Below the pieces are notes generated by a model. That model was not told the DNA's origin and ran no database searches. It worked only from the letters and a program-made list of their open reading frames with translations. This document shows positions 1-13,303 of a stretch of 64,000 bases of DNA, piece after piece. The DNA is from Sphyrna mokarran (taxonomy: Eukaryota). The translations under genes were made by a program, and so were the position numbers. The stretch spans positions 124,682,001-124,746,000 of the forward strand of contig JAGIQG010000007.1 in the NCBI GenBank assembly GCA_024679065.1, read 5' to 3'. Each line of letters opens with the position of its first letter. The first letter of the stretch is position 1.

Positions 1-106
1 AACTCACGCAGACACGGGGAGAATGTGCAAACTCCACACACAGTCACCTGAGGCTGGAGTTGAACCCAAGTTCATGATACTGTGAGGCAGCAGTGCTTAC
101 CACCAA
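1..106 (-). mobile_element. HE1-type V-SINE, 5' part (cut by window edge)
   Basis: Reverse complement shows the tRNA-derived head (..agcactgctgcctcacag..gggttcaactcc) and the body gtgtggagtttgcacattctccccgtgtctgcgtg shared with the other copies in this window. Confidence 0.85.
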
Positions 107-185
107 ACTAATGTGGGCTACCTCACAAAATATCTTTGAACATTAGGTGCTAAACAATGTTTCTTCTGCCTGAATCTCTGTGTTA

Positions 186-576
186 TTTTCTCTGAAAGGG
201 GAGAGGCTGAGGGGGGAACCTGATTGAGGTCAAGAAAATTGAGAGGCACAGACAGGGTGGACAGTCAGAGAGTTCTTCCCAGGGTGGAAATGCCAATTAC
301 GAGAGGGCACGGGTTCAAGGTAAAAGGGGGGAAGTTTAAGGGAGAAGCTTTTTACGCAGTGAATGGTGAGTGTCTGGAAAGCACTGCCAAATAATATAGT
401 GGAAGCAGGCACATTCACAGCATTAAGAGGCATCCAGAGATGTATGTGAATTCGGAGGGAATAGAAAGATATGGACTGAGTAGGGGCAGAAGCTTCTTAT
501 GTTTAATTAGGGCATTATGCTCGGCTTGTGGATGGAGGGCTAAAGGGCCTGTTCTGGGGCTGTACTCTGTTCTGTG
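186..576 (+). mobile_element. CR1 (HER1-like) LINE 3' fragment
   Basis: Decayed CR1 ORF2 C-terminus (RLRG.LIEV..., TRGH.FKV..., W..LP) followed by a 3' UTR ending in gggcctgtt..ctgtactctgttctgtg. Confidence 0.85.
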
Positions 577-639
577 AACATGGCCACCATGTTTTTTTCT
601 GTACGTTGCTGTATTGAAGTACTCCGCAGTCAAATTCAA

Positions 640-1575
640 ATACAACTTCATACTCTCTCTCTGGGGAATTGGTACCTATGTTACCCTCCTCTCTGTTCTG
701 CCTGCAAGTACCAGAGCAGGTGATGGTTTTTCTCCATCATCAGTCCTTTCTTTCATTAGCACATGTTGTGACATCCTGCAAAACTACCAGCAGAGGTTGT
801 AGTTTGGCAATCTAAAAGCAGAAAGAAAGAAAGAGTACACTTGTGCCAAGGGTAAAGGAGGGAGGTGATGGGTGCCGAAGAGAAAGGGGCACATGCTTCC
901 TCCACCTGTAATACTCAGAAGAGATTGTGGGAGTATGTGCTAAGGAGGATTCGCGATGAGCGTACTGTCATCTTTGATGCTGTCAGCCCCACTGCTAGCT
1001 CTAACCTCAGTCATGGTCATTCCACTGATGTCAAGCATTGTCTCCTCCAGAAAGGTGAGGATGTGCAGCTTTGTTTGTTCCCAGCTGATCAGCTCCAACT
1101 GTTTCTGTTTATTTGTCATTGTGCCCTGCAAGAGAGAGGGAAATATGTCGGGTCGATGATAGTGATGCAATGGGCTTGTCGTGATGTGGGTAATGAGCTT
1201 GTCATGATTAAATAGCTGGCAGAGTGTGCAATGTGTGTGAATATTTTTTTGTTGGAGATTGTTGATAAATGAGTGAAGAGGGTGTGTTGAGTGCATGAGG
1301 CTCGTGATTCCGTTCTAAGGAAATAGCATTTGAGGATGAATTCATTGCACTTGATAACTCTTGAGAGGTCAATAAACTTCTCCAGGCACTGCATCCAGAC
1401 ATTTGGGGCTACATTGCTTTGTGTTGACAGTGATATTTAGCCACTTCTGCTGTCTGAAATTTTTCCCTCGTCCTCCGTGAGCAAAAGAGAATAACTCTTG
1501 CCTCCTCTCCATCTCCTGCGTTAAGGCCTCCAATGCTGCCTGCATTGAATAACACTGGGGCACGTTCTGTGCCTT
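640..1575 (-). pseudogene. Decayed PIF/Harbinger accessory gene (Myb/SANT-like, NAIF1-type DNA-binding protein), multi-exon
   Basis: Frameshifted minus-strand peptides AALEALTQEMERRQELF..QQKWLNITVN (1369-1563) and WMQCLEKFIDLSRVIK (~1350-1397) resemble the Myb_DNA-bind_5 fold. A second exon (966-1125, ctctcttgcag acceptor, gt donor) encodes GTMTNKQKQLELISWEQTKLHILTFLEETMLDISG. An acidic segment follows near 720-760. Confidence 0.65.
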
Positions 1576-3133
1576 GTCACTCTCTATGCTGTTTAGACAT
1601 TCTTTCTCAAGTGCTTCTGGCCCTGCTGCAGCGAGAATACTCCCTATAATACTTCAACCCAGCCTGAACTATGCTACTCACCTGGGCCTTCATAAAACCA
1701 CTCAAATGCATGCTTCATGTTGGGCTGAAAGCTACTATCATTTAAATGAGCAGGCAGCACAAAGTTGTGTGCTACGTATGTGGGAAGCAATGCACAAGCT
1801 AATCCCCTACCATAATCAATTGTACAGGAATAATGAGGGACTGCGAAAGAGCAGTAAATGTGTGCATATTTTATCTTGCCATCGACAATCTCATTGCAGC
1901 TGATTGTATTGATGTTTTGGCTTTGACTGAAATTTGGTTCCCAGGTATTTCACTGAAGCCTCCCGATTGGCTATTCCTTCCAGCATCTGTCTCTGTTTAT
2001 TCAATAACAAACAATTACTTTGCATTACTGAACAAATAATAATGCTAGATATATGAAGAATCGGTATGTCCACCAAGCTGACAAACTCTGAAGGCAACAA
2101 GAATGGGCTTAACATCTTGCAAAAGCTCTTGATCAATACTATAGAAGAGTGGTTTGTCTAACACGTGGAATGTGGCCAAGGAAGCCAAAACTCAAGGTAA
2201 TCTTTAAAATGGAAAGAGAATCGTAGGGAGTGAGGAGTCTTCCTCCTAGTTCCACAGTGTTCCTGATGGTTGCTTCTCGTTGTGCTGAGATTTCACTCCT
2301 GGCTGTCCTCATCCATGTCCAGCATTTACCTGAGGGCCATTACAGCCCTGAATGAATCTTCTGAAATGAATAAGCTGCCTACGGAGTTGCAACAAATACC
2401 TCATTCTTGCCAAAACCATTGAAACCCACACCAGAGGCACAATTTCAGGCTGGCCTCAGGCTTCCCAAGAGGGATGTATGCTGCATTTGAACATGATTTT
2501 CTTCTTGATTCTCTTCTGCCCTGTCAGTAGATGTGCAATGGAGTTTTTATTTGATTAGTTTGTCTTTGCCTCAGGTACAACGCAAGGAATTTGGAATGTA
2601 AAGCCTTTGCATCATTCCTGCTCTTGGAAAGAGAATGATTTATATTGGTTTGATTCATTGGTAGTTTATTTTTCTGCAAATATGTGTCTTGTTCATAATT
2701 GGCAATATTTCAAATCATTTTCTGTGAATATTAGCACAAGAATTCTGCTCATACCAAGAGATAAGTCAAAATTTAAAATCAAAACTTTTATTCAGTAAAT
2801 GAAAACAACGAGGGGTTAAGATGAGAACCAATCTTTTAATTTCAAAATAATTTGCTGGTCCACTGTGCCCAAAGTCAATTTGATATATTTCACCAAGTAA
2901 CAAGTTAAGTGTCAGACTAATAATGTCAATAACAAGCCCTTATTTTTAATTGTGAGTGTAAGTTTGGTGCACAAGGTTTGATGGGAATGACAGACTTCTA
3001 GCTCCAATCTGACTTGAAGCCATATCTGGAATACAAACTCCTGTGTAAATGACATGAAGGCTGGAAAGAGAGGAAGATTCCTCTTGTAGTGAGGGGGGCC
3101 TTGCGGGACCCCAAATGAAGGTAAATCAGCATG

Positions 3134-3196
3134 ATGGGGGAGAGGATGGGGGGAGGGGGGGGAAGAGGGCGGGAGGGGGGGGAGGAGGTGGGGGCG
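3134..3196 (+). repeat. G-rich low-complexity tract (G-quadruplex-capable)
   Basis: More than four runs of at least 3 G separated by short spacers. Confidence 0.7.
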
Positions 3197-3827
3197 AAGT
3201 GGTTGAGAAGGAGTCAATGTCTTTGTAAATCTCCTGTACAAGGAAAGTGTTATGGGTAGGTGGAGGGAAGCCCAACTCAGGAAGGCTGAATGTTTCCTTG
3301 GGGCATAAGGAGAGATGCAGGGAAACCTTAAATAAAAGTTGAGGACACAAAGCTGATTGTGTTCTGGAATTGAATTTCCATTTGCACCGCCACAGATGCC
3401 ACTGTGTATGTCACCAGCTCCCTGAGTATTTCTAAGGCCCAGTTGTAGTGAGGGTATTGTACACTTGCCAAAACTCCAGAATTAAAATACTGATCTGTGG
3501 GATTACAGCACCTACAGGGATGACCTGTTTAATCTCAGCTCAGCCCGACTGTTCCCCACCCAAAGGGATTCTCGTCCTTCAGTGACATCAGAGAGCATGA
3601 TGGACTGCTTGGCTGGTGTGCAAAAGCTGTTTGTCACAAGGTCATGCAAAATTGCTGAGACTTGAGAGCAAAGTCAGCCATTTCAGAGAGCTGAGACCAG
3701 AAATCAAGTAGGTGTCAAAGCCAGACATTGCAACACCCTGGACAATGTTCAGAACGAGCCCTGTCAACAAACCCGTGGGCCCTGGTGGAATGTTATTAAA
3801 TCACTGCCATTCAAGGCACAAAACAAG

Positions 3828-4112
3828 GACAACTATATTTATGTAATGCCTTTAACATTGCAAGATATCCCGAAGTGCTTCACGAAAGCATTTTCAAACA
3901 ACATTCGACGCTGAACCATATAAAGCATATTAGGACAGACGTTCACAGTTTGGTCAAAAAGCCAGATTTTAGTCAGCATGTTAAAAGAGAGGTAGACAGA
4001 TGAAACCATGTCACGAGTGCATTCCAGAGCTTCAGACCAAGACAGCTGAATGTATAACTGTCAGTGGTAGAGCGATTACAGTTTGCACAAGGCCGGAATT
4101 AGAAGAGCAACA
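3828..4112 (-). mobile_element. L2-type LINE 3' end
   Basis: acaactatatttatgtaatgcctttaac..atcccgaagtgcttcac..gcattccagagc is the reverse complement of an L2-type 3' end. The same tail occurs on the + strand at ~39165-39237. Confidence 0.65.
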
Positions 4113-5643
4113 CTAATTACAGAAGACTTAATCTATTCCTACTCACCACCGTGATGAGTGGATGAAGAGAACAGCACAGATACATCTCAGGGGAAGCTGG
4201 ACAATCTTATGAGGAAAATGGGAATAAATGGCTACAATGATCCATGTAGAGGAGAAAAAAGAATGGAGAGAAGCTGAAGTGAAGCGTAAACGCTAACAGG
4301 ATATCTAAGCTAAGGTGTTCATTCAAAATGAAGGGATTATGAAGAAGAGGAGACACATCAACAAAAATCCCATAAATAAGGAATGGAGGACAACACCTTC
4401 AGACTGGCCCTGCCAAGCCTGAGGATCTGATTTGTCTCAGATCCTGTGTGCCACTTTCCAAGTTCACATTACTTTTATCATTCCTTGTATAACCAGTGTC
4501 AGCTTTGTTATGAAATTTTATCTTGAAGTGATAAAGGACTGTACGTTTATCTCAGTCTTCGTAATTGATGGTGCCTACTGGGTTGAAATTATAAGGATAG
4601 AAGTAATCTCTTATTTTAATCCCCACGCATTCCCGTTCCCATCAATTGATGTCATTGTCCCTTAATCGTGGAGCATGTTTCTAAATACTTAATTGTGTTA
4701 TTTGCATTCACTCGTTAATAATGTGGATGTTTCAACAGTCAAACCAAGGGCAGTCTGTTATACCTGGAACCACGTAAGCACAGAATGTAGTCCTGACAAA
4801 TACAATTGGCAGTGAAACCAGATGACACACAAAAACATATTCAGTCTGTGAACTATGTGGAACGTGCATGTCTATTAATGTCACTTTGCAGTGACTATAA
4901 TCTGACAAAGTATTGTGAAATTTGTGCAAGCTCACTGTAAGTCCATTAGCATAGTGACCCCCATTACAGCGCAAAACCTTTTAGAGACTACATTACACTG
5001 ATTGGGAGATTGATTTCACATCATGCAGGCACATTGCAAATTCAAACAGCTTGCTCAGTGTTCTCAGAACCATGCGCTGATCAAAGATTAGTACTTAACA
5101 TCCAGACAATTGGAATACAAAATGTGTATGCAGAACTGTATTAAACTAGCTGGACTCACAAGTTTCATCTCAGTGAAGTGAAACCCCGTGAATAAGATAA
5201 ATTATTCAATGGAGACGATTGTGCATCAATTGTGATTTTTTTTTAAAAAAAAAGCCAATTCACAAGTGCAGTGCCCCTTCTTAAACTGTTGCACAGCTTC
5301 CTCAACATTATGAGCAGAAAGCACATGCTCCTTAAGCAGCTGGTAGGGTACTGCTCACCAAATAGTAAAAAGATCAAATAATCAGCATGAATCTTCAGCC
5401 AGGTTTATCCTTGTGCAAACCAATCATGCAGAGGGATGACTATTACCAAAGAATGTGACCCACTGATATCTATGGTTTCCTTTTTGAAATCCCGACCATG
5501 CTCTGGATCCAAACCCATCCTCTGCATCCATCCTACGCGACTGCCCCCACTTTCCGCACTTGTCCGAGGACCACTGTGATGCCAGTAGCGGTCGAATCTT
5601 CAATCATTATCCTGCCATTTCATTGCCTGCTACTCTTGGCGAT

Positions 5644-5960
5644 TCATTGAATCCCTACAGGGCAAAAGGAGACCATTCAGTCCATCGAGCCTGTACAGAT
5701 CACAATCCCAACAGGCCTCATTCCTATAACCCCACATATTTATCCTGCTAATCCCCTGATGCTAAGGATCAATTTCGCATGGCCAATCAACATAACCCGC
5801 ACATCTTTGGACCATGGGAGGAAACCAGAGCATGAGGCGGAAACTCACACGGACACAGGGAGAATGTGCAAACTCTATACAGACAGTCACCTGAGGCCAG
5901 AATTGAACCTGGGTCCTTGGCACGATGAGGGAGCAGTGCTAACCATTGTGCCACTGTGCC
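5644..5960 (-). mobile_element. HE1-type V-SINE, full length, CR1-type tail
   Basis: tRNA-like head with A/B-box-like motifs, V-domain body, and tail ..ctgtagggattcaatga on the minus strand. Confidence 0.9.
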
Positions 5961-6409
5961 GAGGGAGTGGGAACCTCTATCATTCTGCGTAGGGATCGGG
6001 CTGGCAATCCAGGTGGTAACTTGTTTCAGTTGGTGTCTATGATATCTGAAAGGTGTCCTGGACATCACCATTTAGATGGTTCCTGCCTCCTGAATCTCGA
6101 AAATGGAAGCGCCTCAATATTGATGATGGACAGGATTCTCTCCGAAAAATTTTAAGTGCTGAGTTCACTAAAAAGAAAGTAACTCCCATTGTTTTTTTGA
6201 GCAGAATTTTCAAAGTGAATCTCTACACTACAGAGAGATTTATGCTGTAAATCCTATTCCCAGTGGAAGGCTGGCAACATAGAGCTAAGCAGGCCACTGT
6301 GCAGGAACCGATTGTCAGAATGGAAATCAGTGCATGCACAGTGACCTCGCCCTGCCAGCCTTCCGATCGCAGGCCAGCCCCACAACCACACGTTGCTGGG
6401 CTTGCAAAG

Positions 6410-6505
6410 CCCCCATCCTCCCATCGCTGGCCTCCCCCATCCTCCCATCGCTGGCCTCCCCCATCCTCCCATCGCTGGCCTCCCCCATCCTCCCATCGCT
6501 GGCCT
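6410..6505 (+). repeat. 24-bp minisatellite, 4 perfect copies
   Basis: (cccccatcctcccatcgctggcct)x4. Confidence 0.95.
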
Positions 6506-6961
6506 CCCTGATGTGTCTGCACCAACCCCAGCCTCAACGTCATCCTGCTCCAGCCTGCTATGCTCTCTCCCCCTCCCCATACCCTTCCCAGTCCTGACCC
6601 ACTCCCCCAATCTGGATTGCCAACCCAATCTTTATACAGAGTGGTAGCAGGCTCCACCTCCTCTGGCCCCACCACCTTGGTACTGCCCAATGCCCAGTGC
6701 CCTGGTCAAGGTACATTGCCTCTTTACCCCTTGGGAACATTTCAGAGGGCCAGGCTAGTACTGCTAAGCTGGCAGTGCCCAGGGTACATCCTATCTAAAA
6801 CCCTAACTGCCAGGGGTAGGGGAGGGCCCTCCATCCAATGGGGTCAGGCCACAAGTTCCCCATTAGTGGGGAACTGTTGTAAACCCAGCTAGGGAGGGAA
6901 GGGAAAGACTAGTTGGCCCAGGGACTTCAGTCGCAGGCTCACTAATAGAATTCAAATACTC

Positions 6962-7545
6962 TTGATTTGATTTATAATTGTCACATTTGTATACAGTGTA
7001 TTGTTTCTTCAACAGTATACAGACAAAGCATACTGTACATAGAGAAAGAAAGAAGAGATTGCAGAATGTAATGTTACTATGCTGTAGAGAAAAATCAACT
7101 TATTACGAGATCAGAAGTCTGTTGGCAGCAGGGAAGTTGTTGTTCTTGGTCCATGACCTCAGAAGATGGAAGAGAGTATGTCCAGGGTGTGTGGGGTCCT
7201 TGATCAAAATGGCTGTTTTTCCAAGGCAGCAGCAAGTATAGACAGAGTCACTGGATGGGAGGCTGGTTTGAGTGGTGGACTGCGCTTTGTTTACAAGCCT
7301 TTGTAGTTTCTTGCGGTCTTGGACAGAGCAGGAGCTATTCCAAACTGTGCTATATACACAAAGATTGCTTTCCATGTTGCATTTATAAACATTGGTGAGA
7401 GTTGTCAGAGATGTGCCAAATTTCCTTAGTCTCCTGAAAAGGCAGAGGTGTTGGTGAGCTTTCTTAATTACAGCATCGGCATGGAGGGATCCATCCAGGT
7501 TGTTGGTGATCTGGATACCGAGAAACTTGAAGCTTTTGACCATTT
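6962..7545 (-). mobile_element. Rex1/Babar LINE 3' fragment (RT C-terminus plus 3' UTR)
   Basis: ORF 7103-7543 VKSFKFLGIQIT..KKAHQHLCLFRRLRKF..DRKKLQRLV..IKDPTHPGHTLF matches the Rex1/Babar post-RT (DUF1891-like) region. The tail ends in aatcaaatcaa. Confidence 0.85.
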
Positions 7546-8439
7546 CTACTTAGTTCCTCATTATCTATTCATTATGATATTTAAATCCGCTCCTGGTCAA
7601 TTTCCAGTGCGGAGTTGATGTTGTTGGAAGTCCGACTCTGGAGAAACATCGAGGTCATGTTACCCAGCAAGGGTGCCTTCCCAGAACAGTGTAGTGAGTC
7701 GGGAGAATTGCCCGTCAGTGTTTTTAAGTATATTTTTAATATCAAAAATCTTTATTGATGAAAGTTTCCTTCATAAGTTCAATTTTTGCTCTAATATAAC
7801 AATTCAATTTCTTCTGTGTTATAGTCAATGTACAGCCAATTCATCCTGTATATTTCATACTCTTCAGCACTTGATGTTGATGTTTGGCAGTGTGGCAACC
7901 AGCACCAAATCGTTGAATATTTTCTACAGAATCAGAAATTGAATAACTTGTGTTCCTGTCTATTCTGCACAGGACCTGGTCTAAAATTCAAACAAGTCCC
8001 AGTTGAGTTGATTTTAAAAAAAACTCTTATGAGAGATTTTCCAGCCATGCGTGTTAGTGGGATTTTCCAACATCCTGGATGGTGCACCACCACCGTGGGT
8101 TTCACGGCAGTGAGAAGTTCATGCAACAGGAAACTCGGTTGACAATGGCGGGACCAGAAGATATCACCGCTGCCCAATAGTGGGCCATCTCCCATCATAG
8201 CAAAACATGCAACGGATTGCTCAGAAATTCCTGCCCCCACCTTGTTAGTGGTTGTAAGAAAATCGAGTGAACTGGGTTTGGAGAATCTTGATCCAGCTCT
8301 TCGATTTTATTATTCTCAATGTTATTGCTGAAACTTCAGACACCAATTTTGACAACCAATTAATTAAGTGATACTCATAACAGGCCATTTGAGCTAACTG
8401 GTTTATTGTAATCATTGAAGTTCTTCCAATCAAATTCTC

Positions 8440-8830
8440 ACTTCCCATCCCATCCCATACCCATGAAACTAGCTAGCAAATGTTTTAATGTTTTTCTACT
8501 TTAACCATGAAATGTTCTAGCAAGTTCCACATTTTCACCATTATCTGTATAATTTCTCCAAAATTATTTTGTTTGATTTGAGAATGGCTATTTATAACGA
8601 TGCACCTTTGTTCCTGGGCTCATTCACAAATGGAAACAGCTTATTCACAATTATTGAACCCCTTCATCATGTTGAATCCAGTTGGCACTAAAATTATCTC
8701 TTCTCCAGAGAAAATTTTAATCTTCCAAGATAGTTGTAGTCTCTTAGTATGAATTATTTTCTCCAGTGCTTCAATATCCACTTTGTTTAGGATGGAGCTC
8801 AGATTTGAGCATCTCACTCAACGTGTACCC
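8440..8830 (-). mobile_element. Old CR1 fragment
   Basis: Highly decayed similarity to the reverse complement of the CR1 3' region (ttccacattttcacc..ctccagagaaaa..tccagtgcttcaatatcc). Confidence 0.45.
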
Positions 8831-8851
8831 CTGAATCGATGTTTAATATAA

Positions 8852-9166
8852 ATCATAGATTCCTTACAGTGCAGAAGACCATTCAGCCGATTGTTGTTGG
8901 TGCAGATTCAATCCCTGCTTAAGCCCTATTCGCGTAACTCCACATATTTACCCACAAATGCCTCTAACCTACACACTAAGGGGCAATTTAGTATAGCTAA
9001 TACACTTAACCCCCACATCTTTAGACTGTAGGAGGAAACCAGAGCACCCAGAGGAAAGACATGGGGAGAAAATGCAAACTTCATACAGTGACCCAAGCCA
9101 GGAATTGAACCTAGGTCCCTGGAGCTGTGAGACAACAGTGCTAACCACTGTGCCACCATGTTGCTC
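8852..9166 (-). mobile_element. HE1-type V-SINE, CR1-type tail
   Basis: Same head, body and tail as 5644-5960. Confidence 0.9.
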
Positions 9167-9224
9167 AATGTTTCATTACTATTATGTTTTGTGTTCTATT
9201 CGTGTTGAAAGATAAGCTCTTTTT

Positions 9225-9625
9225 TTACACCAAGAGCAATGGTCAGAGAAGTTTTCTTTCAGTTGAAATATTTCAGCCTGAATTCTCTGACCCTGTCCGC
9301 AACTGGGATTCTCAAATTCCACTGCAGTGGTAGGATTGGTGGTTTAGCTGAGTGCCAAATTCTCCATTCTCACTTGTAGCAGCAGTGAGGAATACAAAAT
9401 CAGTGAATTCTAGCCTTTAACTGAGACCCTATCAGAGAGACATCTAAGTGGCCCTGTATTGAAGGAACATTCTCCTGCGTGCCCAGACCAGTATTTATTT
9501 CTCGACCAATATTTATTTCTCAACCATGTTGCCTGCAAATTGTCAACCACATTCCGTTACACTACAACAATTATACTTCCAAAGTATTTACTTGGTTGTA
9601 AATGTTTCTGAGGAAAGAAATATAC
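9225..9625 (+). mobile_element. Decayed DeuSINE (SacSINE1-like), interrupted by a ~140-bp MITE at 9275-9416
   Basis: Deu-like motifs (..ctgagaccctatc.., ccagtatttatttctc) and tail cttccaaagtatttacttggttgtaaa. The insert has inverted ends gcctgaattctctga and tcagtgaattctagc. Confidence 0.5.
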
Positions 9626-12600
9626 CAATATAAGTCTTTCTATCTCTGGCTTCTCTTCTCTAAATCTGCCTATCTGTAAGGAATTAATACTATCCGTGAG
9701 TGCAAATTGTGTTGGTGATGGGTGATTGTGGGGTAGTAGGTGTGAGGGTTTGATATTAAGGATGAAAATGAACACATTTGGCATTATTTTAACATCTAAA
9801 ACCAGTGCAAATGGAAATCATTGTTGGTCGCAATTCACCGCCCTAGAAATAATCAGCAGAGATGTAAAACAAGTTGCCAATTCTTATCACCCATTTTTAG
9901 CAAGCATCAAAGGTCAAAATCTAGCCCATGTTCTCTGGATTATTGGAATAATCGCTACAATATCACATCATGCTATTGGAAATTAATTAAGATGGTGTCA
10001 ACTTAAACCCCAGGACTAAAAACTATGTAGCAATAAAAAACAAAACAAAATCATATTTTCCAATTTAATTTTGATTTGAATTTCACCTAAAGCAATAAAA
10101 TGTTCAACCACCATTACATATTCACTGTAACAACACATTGTGTAAGTGGAAAGTAAATGCGAGTCAAAAAACATTACTGCAAACTCTTACGGACCAGTTA
10201 ATTTCATCCTCGTTACCCAGATTTGAGTTTCTCTTTTGACATTAATGGATCAAAGAGGCAAAGCTGTGTTAACAAGAGGTTTTTAATAATAGCTTGTTGT
10301 AAGAAACTCCACATATTGCAACAAATTGAAATTATGAAGCTGTGTTGGGAATCTGCAAAGCAAAAAAAAATGCCACTTGGTAAGTGGATCATTATTTCCA
10401 TCACATTGGCAATACTTTCACAAAAAGAAAAATCTGTAACTTGTCACTTGAATGCAGAAAACCTGTCTGGCAGGTTGTGTGGGGTAGAGTGACTTTGGGC
10501 ACAGTTGTTGATTCCACAAATTCTGCGCCCATTTTGAAAAATAATTTTTGCTCATAAAGTTTTGCTAAAGTAACTTGCATGTTTCAAACTGTGTCATGCA
10601 CTGGTGCAAGTGGATAGCATTTTATTTGTTTTCAAGTTTATTTTCACCATCCCGATAAAGAATTATAACTTGTAAAAGTTTGATGAACCCTGCTGAAAAA
10701 AGGTTTATCACAAAAAATAAGTATTCTTAATCACAATACTAATCTACACCTGTACAATCAAATCATTACATCAGCTTTCAAAACATGATTTTGGATTTTG
10801 ATGCTTTGTTGAAAGTTGGTGGAATTCTTCAAAGCTCCTGTTGGCAGGTTCAATGGCGGACATAAGGGGAAAATGTAGCAGAAGGCCCAGAAATCGCTTT
10901 GAATTTGCTGCTGGGACTTCTGATGTGACTGCCATGGTAGATCGGTAGAAGCCAACCTGAAATTTATTTGCATCCCGTTAATCCTGTCGATTGGCCAGCC
11001 AGGATGAGATTGCTTTCCAGGGCCGGTCACACCTGGAAACGTGTTTTGCATCCACTTCCTGGCCTGTCGAGAAAATTTCAAGCCTTAGATTTCAGGTTTT
11101 GTTTTCATTTTGGGAATTCACATTGGTAAGGTAACAGTAAGTTGTTATTTTTTGTGTAATTTTATGGTGAGCAAGAGACTCTTCATAAGCTGAGTCACCA
11201 ATAATTTGCACGATTTTGCTATTCGTTCATTCCATCCGTGTACGTTTCAAGAAAAAGTTGCATTTATGTAGTAAATGGAAATTGAACTCATGACATAAAG
11301 TTATGACTGCTATCAAATCATATAAATATCTTTTTAGAACAAGATTAATGTTTGTGAAGTAACACTGAAACCTCTCTAGCCCAAAAAGGGAACAATTGAA
11401 ACCATGGAGTTTCATGACTGTAGGTAGTAAAAGATTCTTACTTTTCTGAAATGTAATATTTAAAATGTTTAATTCAATATTTCTTCCCTCTCTTTTCCTC
11501 TTCTGTAATTGATTTGACGCTATTTTTTTCTCCGTCATTCCGCTATTTGTATCTCAAGTATTAAGTCTCATTGATTAAAGAATTATGATGCTCTGCAGTT
11601 GCCTATTCTTAGTTCACACTCCCAGCTGAAAGACGAGGAGAAATATCTTTCCTGCTCCAACTCCTGCAACATATTAACCGGGTTCACAGAGCTGAACCCA
11701 GTCTGCTTCCTGAGAATCACGAACATTATGTCAGGAAGCAACCAGAGAAAAAAGAGTTGAGGCTACAGCTCTTGGCACTTGAAGCTTGTATTATTATCTA
11801 TATGATCACTGTATTTTGTCACTCATTGCTTTTAATTTCATTTACTGTCTTGGCTGTCAGGGTTAAGGTGCATGGGCTATTCTGTGGAACAAGCAGAATG
11901 AAACGATCAAGCCACATATACATTTCAGAAGTTCACTGTGAGCAGCAGTTGATGGACAGAAATAAATAGAACCCTGTCACTCGCTGAAAATTAGGAATTG
12001 CAAATTGATTTCCATCTCCACATCTAAGTCTGTCACCTCATTAGCATATCAGTAGAACTCGGTTATGATAAAGTTACAGATTGTAATCTTCTAACTACAA
12101 TGAGGTGATTTAAATTTCTGTCTGGAGATAGGCTACAAAAGGGCAGGAGTTTAAAAATGTAAGTTTATGGCTCAATAAATGAAATTGTGCGTGTGAATAA
12201 ATCTGTTTTCTTTTCAATTCTTTTGGGCTTTAGTTTGAGTGGGACTGACAGACAACTTTGTTGTTTTAAATAGACTGCCTTCCACATTCCCTTTCTTTGG
12301 TTATTGTCAAAGATGATAAAATAAATGATAAATCCCTGATTGTTCCAATTAGATTTCACATTCACTTTACATTCTAATGTTTTATTTTTACCTGTTATGT
12401 TTTTGAAGGACACTTCCTGTCCTACGGCTGAAACTATTGTATGCTGAGAGCTGCAAATTGCAGTCCAACTGAAGAATTATTTCACGCAATGCTTGGGTCC
12501 TACTTCTCACTTCCACTTGTTTTTGGTGAGTGGATGTGCAAGATGCTTGGTTGTGCCACAATTAACAACTCAGCAATAAATATTGGGGCTTTTAATGTAA

Positions 12601-13169
12601 ACAAGGTGGCAGGTGACTCACTTCTACGGTATGGAAGCGTGGCATATGTCTGCATTTTGTTGAGTCTTGTTAGCACACCTCACTGGTGTTATCCCTTGAA
12701 ATTTGACTTCACTGACATAAGATACTAAACAATTTTCCTTCCTGGCTGCCATGTTGGAGTTAGATTTGAAATAGGTTGTCCTTTTCACCTTCTGTTCAAA
12801 GGAGGCATCATCACGAACTCCAAAAATCTTCTTTTAACCCATCTGTTGTGAACTGTTGCTCAATCTTCCTGATCCCTTCAGGTTCTTGAACTTCTTACTG
12901 CCTCCCAGATCAATCTCCTACAACTCACTATTGAATTCTTCCAATTAAATTGTTATCTTCCCACAGTATCAAATATCCCTAACATCTGTCTTTTCTGACT
13001 GTAATCTTGGACATTATACCTCCTCATGTTCCTCAACCTCTTTGGTTCCTCACATTATCAATCCCTCTCCTTGTCAGTGGATCTGCCATCTATTCATAGC
13101 TATCTGTTGTTTGTCAGTGTGACTCAAGCAACAGCTACCATTGCTACAGGAAGAGGTTTAACTTCAAAC

Positions 13170-13303
13170 AGCCCTGATTTCTCCGCCGCTTGTAAACAGG
13201 TGTTTTATTTAATTTTTGATTTCCCCCTTTGTAGGCGGTGGGATATATGCCCTGAGTATGGAGTGAGCCCACAGCAAACTCATGATGGAGTAAAATCAGA
13301 GGG
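13170..13303. mobile_element. Short MITE
   Basis: Imperfect TIRs gccctgatttctcc and ggagtaaaatcagagg. Confidence 0.4.

Larger units (their letters stand above)
6128..7713. mobile_element. TIR-bounded non-autonomous element (probably PIF/Harbinger-type), hosting a Rex1 fragment and a minisatellite
   Basis: Termini ggacaggattctctcc and gggagaattgccc are imperfect inverted repeats. Subterminal sequence resembles the element at 28723-29744 in the opposite orientation. Confidence 0.55.

Noticed and set aside
2912-3350. Proline-rich ORFs
   Set aside because: Translation of a G-rich low-complexity tract.
6223-6892. Overlapping ORFs with repeated peptides (WEDGGGQR, PPSSHRW, HPPIAGLP)
   Set aside because: Artefact of a stop-free 24-bp minisatellite within a GC-rich element.
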